DNA from: Acidobacteriota bacterium
Lineage (GTDB): Bacteria; Acidobacteriota; Thermoanaerobaculia; Multivoradales; UBA5704
Length of the DNA: 64,000 nucleotides
Reading direction: 5' to 3'
NCBI GenBank assembly: GCA_040005235.1
Contig: JBDTZG010000004.1
Coordinates: forward strand, 64,001-128,000
Positions 20,151 through 29,817 of the stretch are shown piece by piece. Numbering within the stretch: position 1 is the stretch's first letter; each line of letters begins with the position of its first letter. A model generated the notes under the pieces. The model did not search any database. It was not told the origin of the DNA and saw only the letters and a list, made by a program, of their open reading frames with translations. A program made the position numbers and the translations under genes.

Positions 20151-22418
20151 ATGAACGAGCCTCTGAACGAGCCTTTGGATGCCACCCTGGCCGAGACGCC
20201 CTCGGCGAAGCACCTTGCCAAGAATTTTACCGAAAGCGAGTCGCGCCGGATCGACCGCTACCAGTTGGGCGAGCTGCTCGGGGAAGGTGGGATGGGAGTG
20301 GTCTACGCCGCCGAGCAGATGGAGCCGGTGCGTCGTTCTGTCGCGCTCAAAGTAATTCGCGCGATCGGCCGGGCGAGCGAACGGATCGTCGCGCGCTTCG
20401 AGCTGGAGCGGCAGGTGCTGGCGCTGCTCGAACACCCGAACATCGCGCGCCTCTACGATGCGGGCGTCACCTCCGAGGGCGATCCTTATTTCGTCATGGA
20501 ATACGTGGACGGTTTGCCGATCACCAAGCACGCGGATCGGGAAAAGCTTCTGGTGCGCGCCCGGATCGAGCTGTTTTTAGACGTCTGCCGCGCGATCGAG
20601 CATGCCCACCAAAAGGGCATCCTCCATCGCGACTTGAAGCCGTCGAACGTCCTCGTCGCGAACGCTCCGGAGGGTGATCCCTTCGGCCGCCCGGTGCCGA
20701 AGGTGATCGATTTCGGCATCGCCAAGGCGATCGAGGGGGACCTGGCGAGCGAGAGAGCGCCCACCCAGCTCGGCTTCCAGGTCGGCACGATCGCTTTTGC
20801 GAGTCCCGAACAGCTCGATCCGCAGGCCGCGCGGATCGCCGACACCCGGTCCGACGTCTATGGGCTAGGTCTGCTGCTCTATTTGTTGCTCGTGGGGGAA
20901 CCCCCGTTTTTCGGGCGGAACGCGACCTCGCTGATCGAGCAGGTCTTGAATGCCGAGCCCGAATCGCTCGCCCGGCGTTTCGCGACCGCGGAATCGAGCG
21001 CTGAGATCGCCAGCTCGCGAGGAACCGATGCGGCGACCCTTGCGCGCGAGCTGTCGGGTGATCTCGAATGGATCGTCCGCCGGACACTCGAAAAGCGGCC
21101 GGCCGATCGTTACCCCTCAGTCGCCGAGCTGCGCGCCGATCTGGAACGCTACCTCGACGATCGGCCGGTCCACGCGAGCCCGCCGAACCTGGCGGTCCGG
21201 GTAAAAAAGTTCGTCCGCCGCAACCGGCTCAGAGTCGCGGCCTCCGCTCTGATCGCGCTGTCGCTGATCGCGGGCGTGGTCGCCACCTCGATTGCCCTGG
21301 TCCGCTCCCGCCGCGCCGAGGCGCGCGCCGCGAGCGAGGCCGAGAAAGCCACGGCGATCAACCAGTTCTTGACCGCCATGCTCGCTTCCGCCTCGCCGCT
21401 CGAAAGCGGGCGCCAGGTCAAGGTTGTCGATGTCCTCGACCGCGCGTCGGCTGAGCTGCCGAAGAAGTTCCACGATCGACCGGAGGTGGAAGCGGCGCTC
21501 CATTCCACCCTCGGCTCGACTTACGACGGCCTCGGGCTTGCCGATCCGGCGCGGGCGGAGCTTGCCCGCGCGCTCGACATCCAGCGCCGCCTGCTCGGCC
21601 TCGACGACCCCGAAACGCTCGAAGCGCAAACCGGTTACGCGACGGCGCTGATCGGCGCAGGACAGCTCCAAGAGGCGCTCGCCCTCGCGGAAAAGACCGT
21701 GGCGGCGCAAAGCCGCATCCTTTCGCCCGACGACCCGAAACTGCTCGATTCGCGGATCGTCCAGGCCCAGATCCTCCACGAGCTGTCCCGCTCGGACGAG
21801 GCGCTGCCGATCGGCCGCGACGTCGTGGCGCGCCTGGAGCGGACGCGCGGAGGGGACGACAGGATGGCGCTCTCGGCCGCGGCGCAGCTCGCCCAGTTTC
21901 TCGATCACACGGGCCATCTGGCGGAAGCCGAGGCGCTCCACCGCGACCTGCTGGTGCGGATGGCGCGGGTCAAGGGACCCGACTATCCGGAGACCCTGGC
22001 GATCCTCAACAACCTCGGAAACGTATTGACCAATGAAGAGAAATTCGCCGAGGCCGAGGCTCTCTACCGCGATCTTGGCGCGCGCCAACTCCGGATCTTC
22101 GGGCCGGAGCATCCTGAGACCCTGACCACCCGCCACAACCTGGTCCGGGCGCTGACGGGAGAGGGCAAGCTCACGGAGGCCGAGGACCTCTGCCGTGCGA
22201 CTCTCGCCATCCGCAACAAGACGCTCGGCCCCGACCATCCCCACACCATCTATTCTCTCGGCGACCTCGGCAACATCCTGGTCAAGGAAGGCAAGTTCGC
22301 CGAGGCGCTGAAAGTCCTGCCCGACGCTCTCGCCCGGGCGGAGAGGGTGCTCGGCCCCGATCACAACACGACCAAGCGGGCGCGAGAAAACCTGATCGAA
22401 GCGCGGGCGGGCGTTTGA
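20151..22418 (+). CDS. membrane Ser/Thr protein kinase with C-terminal TPR repeats
   Basis: GEGGMGVV, HRDLKPSN, DFG and SPEQ kinase motifs; one TM; repeated LGxDHPxTL TPR units. Confidence 0.92.
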   Translation: MNEPLNEPLDATLAETPSAKHLAKNFTESESRRIDRYQLGELLGEGGMGVVYAAEQMEPVRRSVALKVIRAIGRASERIVARFELERQVLALLEHPNIARLYDAGVTSEGDPYFVMEYVDGLPITKHADREKLLVRARIELFLDVCRAIEHAHQKGILHRDLKPSNVLVANAPEGDPFGRPVPKVIDFGIAKAIEGDLASERAPTQLGFQVGTIAFASPEQLDPQAARIADTRSDVYGLGLLLYLLLVGEPPFFGRNATSLIEQVLNAEPESLARRFATAESSAEIASSRGTDAATLARELSGDLEWIVRRTLEKRPADRYPSVAELRADLERYLDDRPVHASPPNLAVRVKKFVRRNRLRVAASALIALSLIAGVVATSIALVRSRRAEARAASEAEKATAINQFLTAMLASASPLESGRQVKVVDVLDRASAELPKKFHDRPEVEAALHSTLGSTYDGLGLADPARAELARALDIQRRLLGLDDPETLEAQTGYATALIGAGQLQEALALAEKTVAAQSRILSPDDPKLLDSRIVQAQILHELSRSDEALPIGRDVVARLERTRGGDDRMALSAAAQLAQFLDHTGHLAEAEALHRDLLVRMARVKGPDYPETLAILNNLGNVLTNEEKFAEAEALYRDLGARQLRIFGPEHPETLTTRHNLVRALTGEGKLTEAEDLCRATLAIRNKTLGPDHPHTIYSLGDLGNILVKEGKFAEALKVLPDALARAERVLGPDHNTTKRARENLIEARAGV

Positions 22419-22466
22419 CGAAAATCGCTATCTTGCTCGTATGATCTCCGCCGGGAGGAAACGTCG

Positions 22467-24368
22467 ATGAGAGCACCGTTCGCCGCGCCCGTCCTTGCAG
22501 GAACCCTTTGTCTCGCGCTCGTTGGAACTGCCCGGCCGCTCGCCGCGGCGGGCGAGATCACGCTCAAGGTCGATGCCCGGGAGGCGCCGGGCAAGCTGAT
22601 CCACGCGAAGCTCTCGATTCCGGTAAAGCCCGGGCCTCTCACCTTCGTCTATCCCAAGTGGCTGCCCGGAGAGCACGGGCCGACCGGCCCCATCACCGAC
22701 CTCGTGGGGCTCGAATTCTCCTCCGGCGGCAAGACCCTCGTCTGGTCGCGCGACGGGGTCGACATGTACGCTTTCCATCTCGACGTGCCGGCGGGAGTCG
22801 CATCGGTCGACGTGGCGCTCGATTTCCTTTCGCCCACTTCGGAGTCCGGCTTCACCTCCGCGGCCTCGGCGACGCCGCATCTTTTCCTGCTCACCTGGAA
22901 CCAGCTACTGCTCTATCCGCTTGGGCCAAAGAGCGACGACCTGATCTTCCACGCGAGCCTCTTAACCCCCGCCGGATGGAAGTTCGGCACGTCGCTTTCC
23001 GGCACGCCGGGCGCCGATGGATGGACCGATTTCGCACCGGTCTCGCTCACCGCGCTGGTCGATTCGCCGGTCTTGATGGGCGAGTATTTCCGCGCCGTGC
23101 CGCTCGATCGGTCGAGCCGGCCGGTCGAGATCGACCTCGCGGCGGACAGCGCCGCGGCGCTCGAAATCAGTCCGGAGCTCGAAAAGAAACTCGAACGGCT
23201 GGTGGTCGAAGCCGACGCCCTGTTCGGCGCCCGCCATTTCGACAACTACCATTTCCTCCTCACTCTCTCCGACCACGTCGCGCATTTCGGGCTGGAGCAT
23301 CACCAATCGAACGACTCGCGCATCTCCGAGCGCGCGCTGATCGACGAGACGCTCGGCAATCTTTCGCTCGGCGTTCTGCCACACGAATTCGTCCACTCCT
23401 GGAACGGCAAATACCGCCGCCCGACGGGCCTCGCGACACCCGACTTCCAAGTGCCGATGCAGGGCGAGCTGCTTTGGGTCTACGAAGGGCTCACCGAGTA
23501 CCTGGGCAACCTGCTCGCGGCCCGAAGCGGCCTCTGGACTCCCGAGCATTACCAGGAAGAAATGGCGCAGATCGCCGCGACCTACGACCACCGGCCGGGC
23601 CGCGCCTGGCGGCCGCTGATCGACACGACGGTCGCCGCCCAACTGCTCTACGGCTCGCCGCGCGAATGGGGATCTTACCGGCGCGGTGTCGATTTCTACG
23701 ACGAGGGTTGGCTGCTCTGGCTGGAAGTCGACACGCTGATTCGCGAGAAGACTCACGGCGCCCGAACGCTCGACGATTTCTGCCACCTCTTCCACGGCGG
23801 AACGAGCGGTTCGCCGAAGGTCGTGACCTACACCTTTGAGGACGTGATCTCGACCCTGAACGCAGTCGCTCCCTACGACTGGCGCGGCTTCTGGCAGGAG
23901 CGCCTACGCACCCCGAGAGCCCCGACACCGCTCGAAGGCATCGAGCGCGGCGGCTGGAATCTTGCCTACACCGAAAAGGACAACGCGATCCTCGCGGACC
24001 AGGCGAAAGGAGAGCGCAAATCGATCGAAGCCGCCTTCTCCCTCGGCCTATGGCTCAACGACGAAGGCGAAGTTCGCGACGCGATCCGCGGCCTCCCCGC
24101 CTACCAGGCCGGCGTCCGCCCGGGCATGAAGCTGATCGCGATCAATTCCCGTAAGTGGAGCCCCGACCTCCTCCACGACGGCCTAGCCGCCACCAAGACC
24201 GCCACCGGTCCGCTCGATCTACTGGTCGAAGACGGCGAGATGTACCGCACCTATTCGATCGACTACCACGGCGGCCTTCGCGAGCCGCACCTCGTGCGGG
24301 CCGAGGGCAAGGACGACGTGTTGTCGAAGATCATTGCGCCGCGAGGGGCGGAGGCTCCTGCCAAATAG
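22467..24368 (+). CDS. M61 family (glycyl) aminopeptidase with PDZ-like C-terminus
   Basis: Signal peptide; GLEH, HEFVHSWNGK and LWVYEGLTEY motifs. Confidence 0.9.
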   Translation: MRAPFAAPVLAGTLCLALVGTARPLAAAGEITLKVDAREAPGKLIHAKLSIPVKPGPLTFVYPKWLPGEHGPTGPITDLVGLEFSSGGKTLVWSRDGVDMYAFHLDVPAGVASVDVALDFLSPTSESGFTSAASATPHLFLLTWNQLLLYPLGPKSDDLIFHASLLTPAGWKFGTSLSGTPGADGWTDFAPVSLTALVDSPVLMGEYFRAVPLDRSSRPVEIDLAADSAAALEISPELEKKLERLVVEADALFGARHFDNYHFLLTLSDHVAHFGLEHHQSNDSRISERALIDETLGNLSLGVLPHEFVHSWNGKYRRPTGLATPDFQVPMQGELLWVYEGLTEYLGNLLAARSGLWTPEHYQEEMAQIAATYDHRPGRAWRPLIDTTVAAQLLYGSPREWGSYRRGVDFYDEGWLLWLEVDTLIREKTHGARTLDDFCHLFHGGTSGSPKVVTYTFEDVISTLNAVAPYDWRGFWQERLRTPRAPTPLEGIERGGWNLAYTEKDNAILADQAKGERKSIEAAFSLGLWLNDEGEVRDAIRGLPAYQAGVRPGMKLIAINSRKWSPDLLHDGLAATKTATGPLDLLVEDGEMYRTYSIDYHGGLREPHLVRAEGKDDVLSKIIAPRGAEAPAK

Positions 24369-24375
24369 TAGAGGG

Positions 24376-24444
24376 GTAGGGGCGGAGCTTGTCTCCGCCC
24401 GGAGGTCTGCGCAAATCGTGGGCGGAGGCAAGCTCCGCCCCTAC
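24376..24444. repeat. GTAG-type REP doublet (inverted pair)
   Basis: GTAGGGGCGGAGCTTGTCTCCGCCC at 24376-24400 and its near reverse complement at 24420-24444. Confidence 0.8.
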
Positions 24445-24575
24445 GACCGCGAGCCTTGTTTCACCGCGAGCCCCGTACCAGATCTCGATCTCGTAGCTAT
24501 CAGGTCCGCGACATAGGCGAACGGAAAGCCCGGAGCCGCGAGCTTCGTCGCTGATGGCGGGCACGGTCTGATTCC

Positions 24576-24923
24576 CTACGGAGCGTCCGAGCTCGGCTTG
24601 AAGCCGCAATAGAGACAGGCGGTTCTCCCCTTATCGAACGGGTGATTGCAAGAGGGGCAGGTCCCGGACGCCGAGACCGCGCTCAGACTCAGAGTCTGCT
24701 CGATGGCACCTTTGACTTCCTCGGGCGAGATCCCCAGCTTTTCGACCATCAAATCGCAGAGAGCTTGGCAGGTCGCTGCCAGGTTGCCCACCCGAAACTG
24801 GAGATCTCGGATTCGCTGCTGCGCCCCCTGGAGGCCCGAATCCGCGGCTGCGAGCTGACGATCCTGCTTGCGGTTGATGTCGCGCTGGTCAGAGAGGTTC
24901 CAGATGCTGTGGAGCATGTCCAT
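24576..24923 (-). CDS. hypothetical coiled-coil protein with C-terminal zinc ribbon
   Basis: Helical region followed by CPSC...CLYC. Confidence 0.65.
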   Translation of the reverse strand: MDMLHSIWNLSDQRDINRKQDRQLAAADSGLQGAQQRIRDLQFRVGNLAATCQALCDLMVEKLGISPEEVKGAIEQTLSLSAVSASGTCPSCNHPFDKGRTACLYCGFKPSSDAP

Positions 24924-24980
24924 GGAAGCCCTTTCTTGGTTCGTGTCTTTGCCACTGGGATCGCCCGGCCGATCGCCGCC

Positions 24981-25078
24981 TCAGCGAAAATATCGGTAGT
25001 GCCCGATCACCTTCCAAGAGAATAGAACATCCTCCAGCCGCGCGCCCTGGCCGATGTTGTGGACCATCCAGCGCTGCC
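24981..25078 (-). pseudogene. diverged duplicate of the 3' end of the DUF1287 gene
   Basis: Closely matches 25731-25828 and encodes WMVHNIG.GARLEDVLFSWKVIGHYRYFR-stop. Confidence 0.8.
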
Positions 25079-25200
25079 GAGGAACCTTTACACTGACCCG
25101 GCGCACGGGCAGAACCAGATCTCGATCGAAGGGGATGTAGGTGGCGGTCAAGAATCGCCGGGCGCCGATCCGCGTTTGCGGAGCACGCGGGACCCGCGGT

Positions 25201-25320
25201 CTATTCGATCAACTACCACGGCAGTCCTCCGCGAGTTCCCACCTCGTAAGGGCTGAAGGGAAGGACGACCTGCAATCGAAGATCATCGCGCCACGGGGGG
25301 CGGGGGTCGCCGGGCCCTAG
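25201..25320 (+). pseudogene. degenerate duplicate of the 3' end of the M61 peptidase gene
   Basis: CTATTCGATCAACTACCACGG...AAGGACGAC...GAAGATCATCGCGCC matches 24251-24350 with substitutions and a frameshift. Confidence 0.78.
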
Positions 25321-25360
25321 GCAGGTGGGGGGACGTGCGCTTTAGCCGCCCGCCCGCCGA

Positions 25361-25711
25361 TCAGCATCCGTGCAAACCCATCGACGAGATGAGAAAGTAA
25401 TCGGCAACGACAAGGGTGGCCGGAAGGCACCAGGAAACCACCAGGTTCCGCACCAAAGTACCTGGGTAGCGACGCCTCCATCGAATGGCCCAAACCGAAC
25501 CCCCAATCGCCAGGCCTGCGTTAAGCGCTGGTCCAAGCGCCACAGAAATCACAAGGGCAAACCAACTCCTGTCATACCAGGCCACGCCGAGGGCCAGTAG
25601 GTTCAATCCGATGACCGCGCCACCGAAAAGCAAAAAGAACCGCGGCAGGTTACCTGGAGTTCTTTCGGTGTCCGGCAGGAGAGGCCCTTCGAGTGGTGTA
25701 TCAATTTGCAC
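25361..25711 (-). CDS. small membrane hypothetical protein
   Basis: Three hydrophobic segments; atypical lower-GC codon usage. Confidence 0.55.
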   Translation of the reverse strand: MQIDTPLEGPLLPDTERTPGNLPRFFLLFGGAVIGLNLLALGVAWYDRSWFALVISVALGPALNAGLAIGGSVWAIRWRRRYPGTLVRNLVVSWCLPATLVVADYFLISSMGLHGC

Positions 25712-25730
25712 GATCTGATTCGATCTCGCC

Positions 25731-26327
25731 TCACCGAAAATACCGGTAGTGGCCGATCACCTTCCAGGAGAATAGAACATCCTCCAGCCGAGCGCCCCGT
25801 CCGATGTTGTGGACCATCCAGTGCCGCCCGCTCCTTCTGTCGTTCTCGTCGCTCACGACCCCGATGTGGGTAATGCCTCCGCCCAAATCCCACGCGACGA
25901 CATCGCCCGGCAGGTAGTCGCCGGCCTGCGCGGTGATCGGCAGCTCCTTGCCCGCCCGGCGGAAGAACGTCATCAGATTCGGCACTCGCCGATGGTCGAT
26001 ATTGGTATCGGGTCGTTTCAAGCCCCACCGCTGCGGATATGCCTTGAACTTCCGCGCCATGTCCTCGTGAACGTCCTTCTGGAGATCCACCCCGGCCTTT
26101 CGGAACGCCCGGATCACCACATCGGCGCACACCCCGGTCTCCGGCTTTACGTCGCCGTCGGGATAGCCGATCCGAACGTAGGAGGGATCGTAGCTGGTCG
26201 TCAGGTGCGTCTGGGCTCTGGCGGAGTCGACGACGGTCCGAACGGCAGGGGAGAGTAGCGCGGCCTGCGCAAATCCACTGGCGGTTGCCAGGGCGAACCA
26301 AAACAGGGCTAGAAGTCTCCTCGGCAT
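25731..26327 (-). CDS. DUF1287 (YijF-like) exported protein
   Basis: YDPSY..IGYP.GDV...GVCADVVIRA, DTNIDHRRVPNL and HNIG motifs; signal peptide. Confidence 0.88.
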   Translation of the reverse strand: MPRRLLALFWFALATASGFAQAALLSPAVRTVVDSARAQTHLTTSYDPSYVRIGYPDGDVKPETGVCADVVIRAFRKAGVDLQKDVHEDMARKFKAYPQRWGLKRPDTNIDHRRVPNLMTFFRRAGKELPITAQAGDYLPGDVVAWDLGGGITHIGVVSDENDRRSGRHWMVHNIGRGARLEDVLFSWKVIGHYRYFR

Positions 26328-26460
26328 CGGCGTCCTTGGACGCGTTTCTATCGGAAAGCGCCACCCCTGTCGAACCCGACCCTTTGGAGTGCGCCGACGC
26401 GTCGGCGCTTTGATCGCGGCGACGTGTCGCCGCAACGCTGCCCTCTCGAAACCGACCACC

Positions 26461-26825
26461 GAATTCGATTTCCTGAGTGCCGCGACCCCTTTTCCGGCCC
26501 AGAAATTCGATTTCGGGACTGCGCAACGACCTTTCGGACTGCGAATTCGATTTTCGCGGTCCCGAATTCGATTTCCCGGCTCGCAAAACCCCTCGGCTGA
26601 CTCGGCGGAGGGTTTTCTGACTGCCGAATTCGATTTTCTGGATCAGAAACCCGCTTCCGGTCCGCGAATTCGATTTCGTGACTCCCGAAACCCCTCGGCT
26701 CACCCAGAAAATCGAATTCCTTACTGCGAAAATCGCTCGCGCCGATCACGCGATCCCGCGTCGCGGTCAGAAAAACGCTTAGTGAACGGCGAAACGCCTC
26801 GGCGGACTCACAAAATCGAATTCCT
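26461..26825. repeat. degenerate phased repeat array (AATTCGATTT core)
   Basis: Cores at 26462, 26504, 26544, 26565, 26627 and 26667; inverted copies at 26709 and 26813. Confidence 0.75.
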
Positions 26826-27107
26826 CACCGACGAAAACGGTCGCGCCGGTCGCACGACTCCCCGTTGAGCCCGCAAAAGCGGCTGATGACCGGCGACACC
26901 CCTCGGCTGGCCCAGAAAAACGTTCGGCTGACCGAGACTCTCGGGCATTCCCGCCGCGGATTTTCGCTCTCGGCGGATCTAAAGTTAGACCGCCGACTGC
27001 CCTGCCTGACCGAGGGAAGGTGTCGGTCCGACGGAAATCGGCCCCTTGCGGCCGTCTTAGATCTACTACAACATCGGAGCGAAGCGCGTTGTAGTGCAGG
27101 AGGCGAA

Positions 27108-28346
27108 ATGCCCTCGAAGCGAGCAGCTTGGATCGGAATGTTCTGGGCACTCTATACCATTCGTGGCGGGTCGGACGAAGGAGCCAAGGTGTGGCGCGAG
27201 AAGATTTTTCCGGAAGATCGCCGGGCGGAGGTGAAGGTAGATGGAGCCTACGAGGTGATCGTTCTTGCTGAAGCAGGTCAGGTCGCGGCGGCCGAATCAG
27301 CTGTGCGTCAGCACGGGTCGGCGCCGTTTCCGGGCGGGATTCAGCGGGCGCGTCTCGAGCTGATCGAGGGAATTGCCGCGAAAGCGAGCGGGGCAGGGAT
27401 CAAGGCACTCGCCGAGAGCAAGGGGATCGCCAGGATTTGGATGGTGCCACGAGATCTCTTTGAAAATTATGTGCGAATCATCCAGGGACTTGGCTATGTC
27501 GTGGCCACCGATCCCGGTCCCGGACCGATCAATCTGAGCCTAGGACCACCGTCTGGAATGCTCCCGATGCCCTTCCAAGAGGGAGAACCGCTCAATCTCG
27601 CGACTCGCCGTGCAGCGGCGGCTGGCAAGTTGACGATTGTGTCCGCTGGCAACGACGGTCCGAAGCCCGACACCTTGAACCCTTGGTGCTTGGCGGACTG
27701 GGTTCTCTGCGTAGGAGCCGCCGCCGTGGTCAGCCAGAAGGCAGTCCCTTGGGAAAAATCCTCCAGAGGACGGCCCAGAGATTCGCGCTACCGACCCGGA
27801 GTCCTGGCGCTTGGGGTCGATGTGCTGACTACCCATCCTTCGGCCGTGCCGAAGACCGAGGAGATGAAAGCCGCGGAAAGACGAGTCGGATTCGATCGAA
27901 TGGTTGCCCCTGAGAAGCGGAGTGCTTACACCATCGTCTCAGGAACCAGTTTCGCAACTCCCGACGTTTCGAAGTCGGCGGCGCAGATCGTCTTTTTTCT
28001 CCAAAAGGCACTTGCTGTTGCTGAAGAGGAGAAAGACAAGGCCGAGCCCACGATGGCCACTCTCTACACGCACTTTCGCCTGGCAGAGCGCGACGAACTG
28101 GTACGCACGAAGCGCTTTGCCGGAACGATCAAAGACGTCGGCGGCGCCGTCGTGGCAATCTATCCTCTACGTCCGGACGATCCCTTGGTCGTGAAACAGA
28201 TCCTGCTGGACGCGGCGATCCCGATGCCAGGATTCGGGACGAATGAAGTCGGCAGCGGTCTGGTGACCTCAGACCACATCGCGAAGCTTTTCGGGAAATT
28301 CGGGCTCTGGGATCCAAAATTACTGCCGGTCAAGGTAATCGACTAA
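27108..28346 (+). CDS. subtilase (S8)-like protein, apparently lacking the Asp/His half of the catalytic domain
   Basis: INLSLG, VSAGNDG, LCVGA and SGTSFATP motifs; GGAGG RBS before ATG 27108; no recognisable DTG or HGT motif. Confidence 0.7.
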   Translation: MPSKRAAWIGMFWALYTIRGGSDEGAKVWREKIFPEDRRAEVKVDGAYEVIVLAEAGQVAAAESAVRQHGSAPFPGGIQRARLELIEGIAAKASGAGIKALAESKGIARIWMVPRDLFENYVRIIQGLGYVVATDPGPGPINLSLGPPSGMLPMPFQEGEPLNLATRRAAAAGKLTIVSAGNDGPKPDTLNPWCLADWVLCVGAAAVVSQKAVPWEKSSRGRPRDSRYRPGVLALGVDVLTTHPSAVPKTEEMKAAERRVGFDRMVAPEKRSAYTIVSGTSFATPDVSKSAAQIVFFLQKALAVAEEEKDKAEPTMATLYTHFRLAERDELVRTKRFAGTIKDVGGAVVAIYPLRPDDPLVVKQILLDAAIPMPGFGTNEVGSGLVTSDHIAKLFGKFGLWDPKLLPVKVID

Positions 28347-29026
28347 TGCCGGAGGAACTCTTGAACTATCGTACCCTGCAGGTTGTCGTCACCCTGGTCC
28401 TCGGTCTCTCCGTCCTCGCAGGCTTGGTCTTTCACCTTTGGCGGATCTCGCGGCCGGTCCAGAAGATTGAGGATCTGGCAACGGTGCCGCTTGCCGATGT
28501 CCTAGCAGCTGTCAAACGAGAGATCGAGGCGGCAACGCCGTATCTTTCTACTGAGGATCTGCCCCTAGCTTCGGTCAAGCTAGAGCTTCAGGTGGTCGTG
28601 CTCGAAGGAACCAGCGGCGAGGGCAAAGCCATGCTCCTGCCGTTAGGGATAACGACCAAAGCATCGGCCAGTGAGGTAACCAGTCGAACTCAAACGGTGA
28701 CCGTACTTCTCGAACCTCCTTCCCCGAACATTACCAAGTCGGAGATCGACCTTACGAAACTAGGCCTCGCCTCGGCGATCCGGGCTGTTCACGAGGGGTT
28801 ACGGTCGGGAATGAATCAACCGCCTCGTCTCGAACCGAAGAAGATTGAGATTGTCTTGGCTTTCGGGGTAAAAAGGCAAACCGCTTCGTCTTCGGGACTT
28901 GAGCTAAAGGCTTTCGGTGGAGCCCTTACGACCACGACAGACATTGACGCGACACAGAAAATAGAACTCGTTTTTGCGCAGGCGAAGACAGCCGTAACAA
29001 GCAAAGAGGTTTCAGGGTGGGATTGA
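28346..29026 (+). CDS. membrane-anchored protein with two Trypco2-like repeats
   Basis: N-terminal TM; two units of LAxxlxxxxxxl...(V/I)xLxLxvxv...TQx(V/I)xxxf; TAATG coupling to the S8 gene. Confidence 0.55.
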   Translation: MPEELLNYRTLQVVVTLVLGLSVLAGLVFHLWRISRPVQKIEDLATVPLADVLAAVKREIEAATPYLSTEDLPLASVKLELQVVVLEGTSGEGKAMLLPLGITTKASASEVTSRTQTVTVLLEPPSPNITKSEIDLTKLGLASAIRAVHEGLRSGMNQPPRLEPKKIEIVLAFGVKRQTASSSGLELKAFGGALTTTTDIDATQKIELVFAQAKTAVTSKEVSGWD

Positions 29027-29098
29027 TCCGGAGGGGCGACGGGCCGGCGAGGCCGCAAGACTTCGCCAGCCGTATCCAGGCCTGCGCTTGTTGTCACT

Positions 29099-29689
29099 CT
29101 ACCCGGGGCTGACCACGATCCGGTTGTCGACCGACACCACGCCGTCCGTTTCGCGCGCAATTCTTTCCGCCGCGTCTTTCTGAGCGGCGGTCTTGGCGGT
29201 TCCTTTGAGAGTCACTCGGCCCCCCGCGGTGTCGACGTCGATCGAGACGGCCTTGACGTCTTTGTCGGCGATCAACCGGGCCTTGATCGATCCGGTCACC
29301 GTAGCGTCGGCGATCTTCTTCTTGGCGGTGTCGCCCGCCTGCTCGAGTTCCCGCTTGGCCGAGTCGCCTGCCTTCTCGAGTTCCTTCTTGGCCGAGTCGC
29401 CCGCCCGCTCCGCGGCGGCGGTGATGTCCTTGCCGGCCTTCTGGGCGCTCGCCGAGACCTCCTGACCCGCCTCTTTGATCGCGCCGCCGGCTTGTTTCAC
29501 CGCGGCCTTCGTTTCCTCAGCGGCCGCATTGCCCGCTGCGGTGACGGCTTCGCCCGTCTCCTTTCCCGCGGCCTTGATCGCCTCGCCCGCCTGGCGGGTC
29601 TGCTCCTTCACCGCGGGGTTTTTGCAGGCGCCCGCACCGAGCGCCGAGAGAACGACGAAAGCGGACAGCAGGAAGTCGGTTATTTTCAT
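29099..29689 (-). CDS. BON-domain (OsmY-like) lipoprotein with Ala/Lys/Glu-rich helical repeats
   Basis: Lipobox LGAGAC; DATVTGSIKARL...IDVDT..GRVTLKG...GVVSVDNRI. Confidence 0.85.
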   Translation of the reverse strand: MKITDFLLSAFVVLSALGAGACKNPAVKEQTRQAGEAIKAAGKETGEAVTAAGNAAAEETKAAVKQAGGAIKEAGQEVSASAQKAGKDITAAAERAGDSAKKELEKAGDSAKRELEQAGDTAKKKIADATVTGSIKARLIADKDVKAVSIDVDTAGGRVTLKGTAKTAAQKDAAERIARETDGVVSVDNRIVVSPG

Positions 29690-29772
29690 GAGGATCTCCT
29701 TCGAGTTGCTCCGGCGGGCCGGCCGTCGCAACGCTTCCCGGTGAATCTTGCATGAACCGGACCGCGAGCGCC

Positions 29773-29806
29773 AAAAAAAGGGGAGCGCGCCCAAGCGCGC
29801 CCCCCC
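29773..29806 (-). terminator. Rho-independent terminator
   Basis: On the minus strand, a GC stem (GCGCGC-TTGG-GCGCGC) followed by T7, just after the 29818 stop. Confidence 0.75.
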
Positions 29807-29817
29807 GTGGGACTACC

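Noticed and set aside
26461-26825. CRISPR array
   Set aside because: The core is only about 10 bp, spacing is irregular, orientation flips and no cas genes are present
25603-26868. ORFs with repeated IEF/EFDF peptides (25603..26703, 26348..26749, 26389..26868)
   Set aside because: By-products of the DNA repeat; the motif jumps between frames and the longest ORF overlaps the DUF1287 gene
29320-29420. Short tandem repeat within the BON lipoprotein gene
   Set aside because: Ordinary coding repeat (AGDSAKKELEK units)
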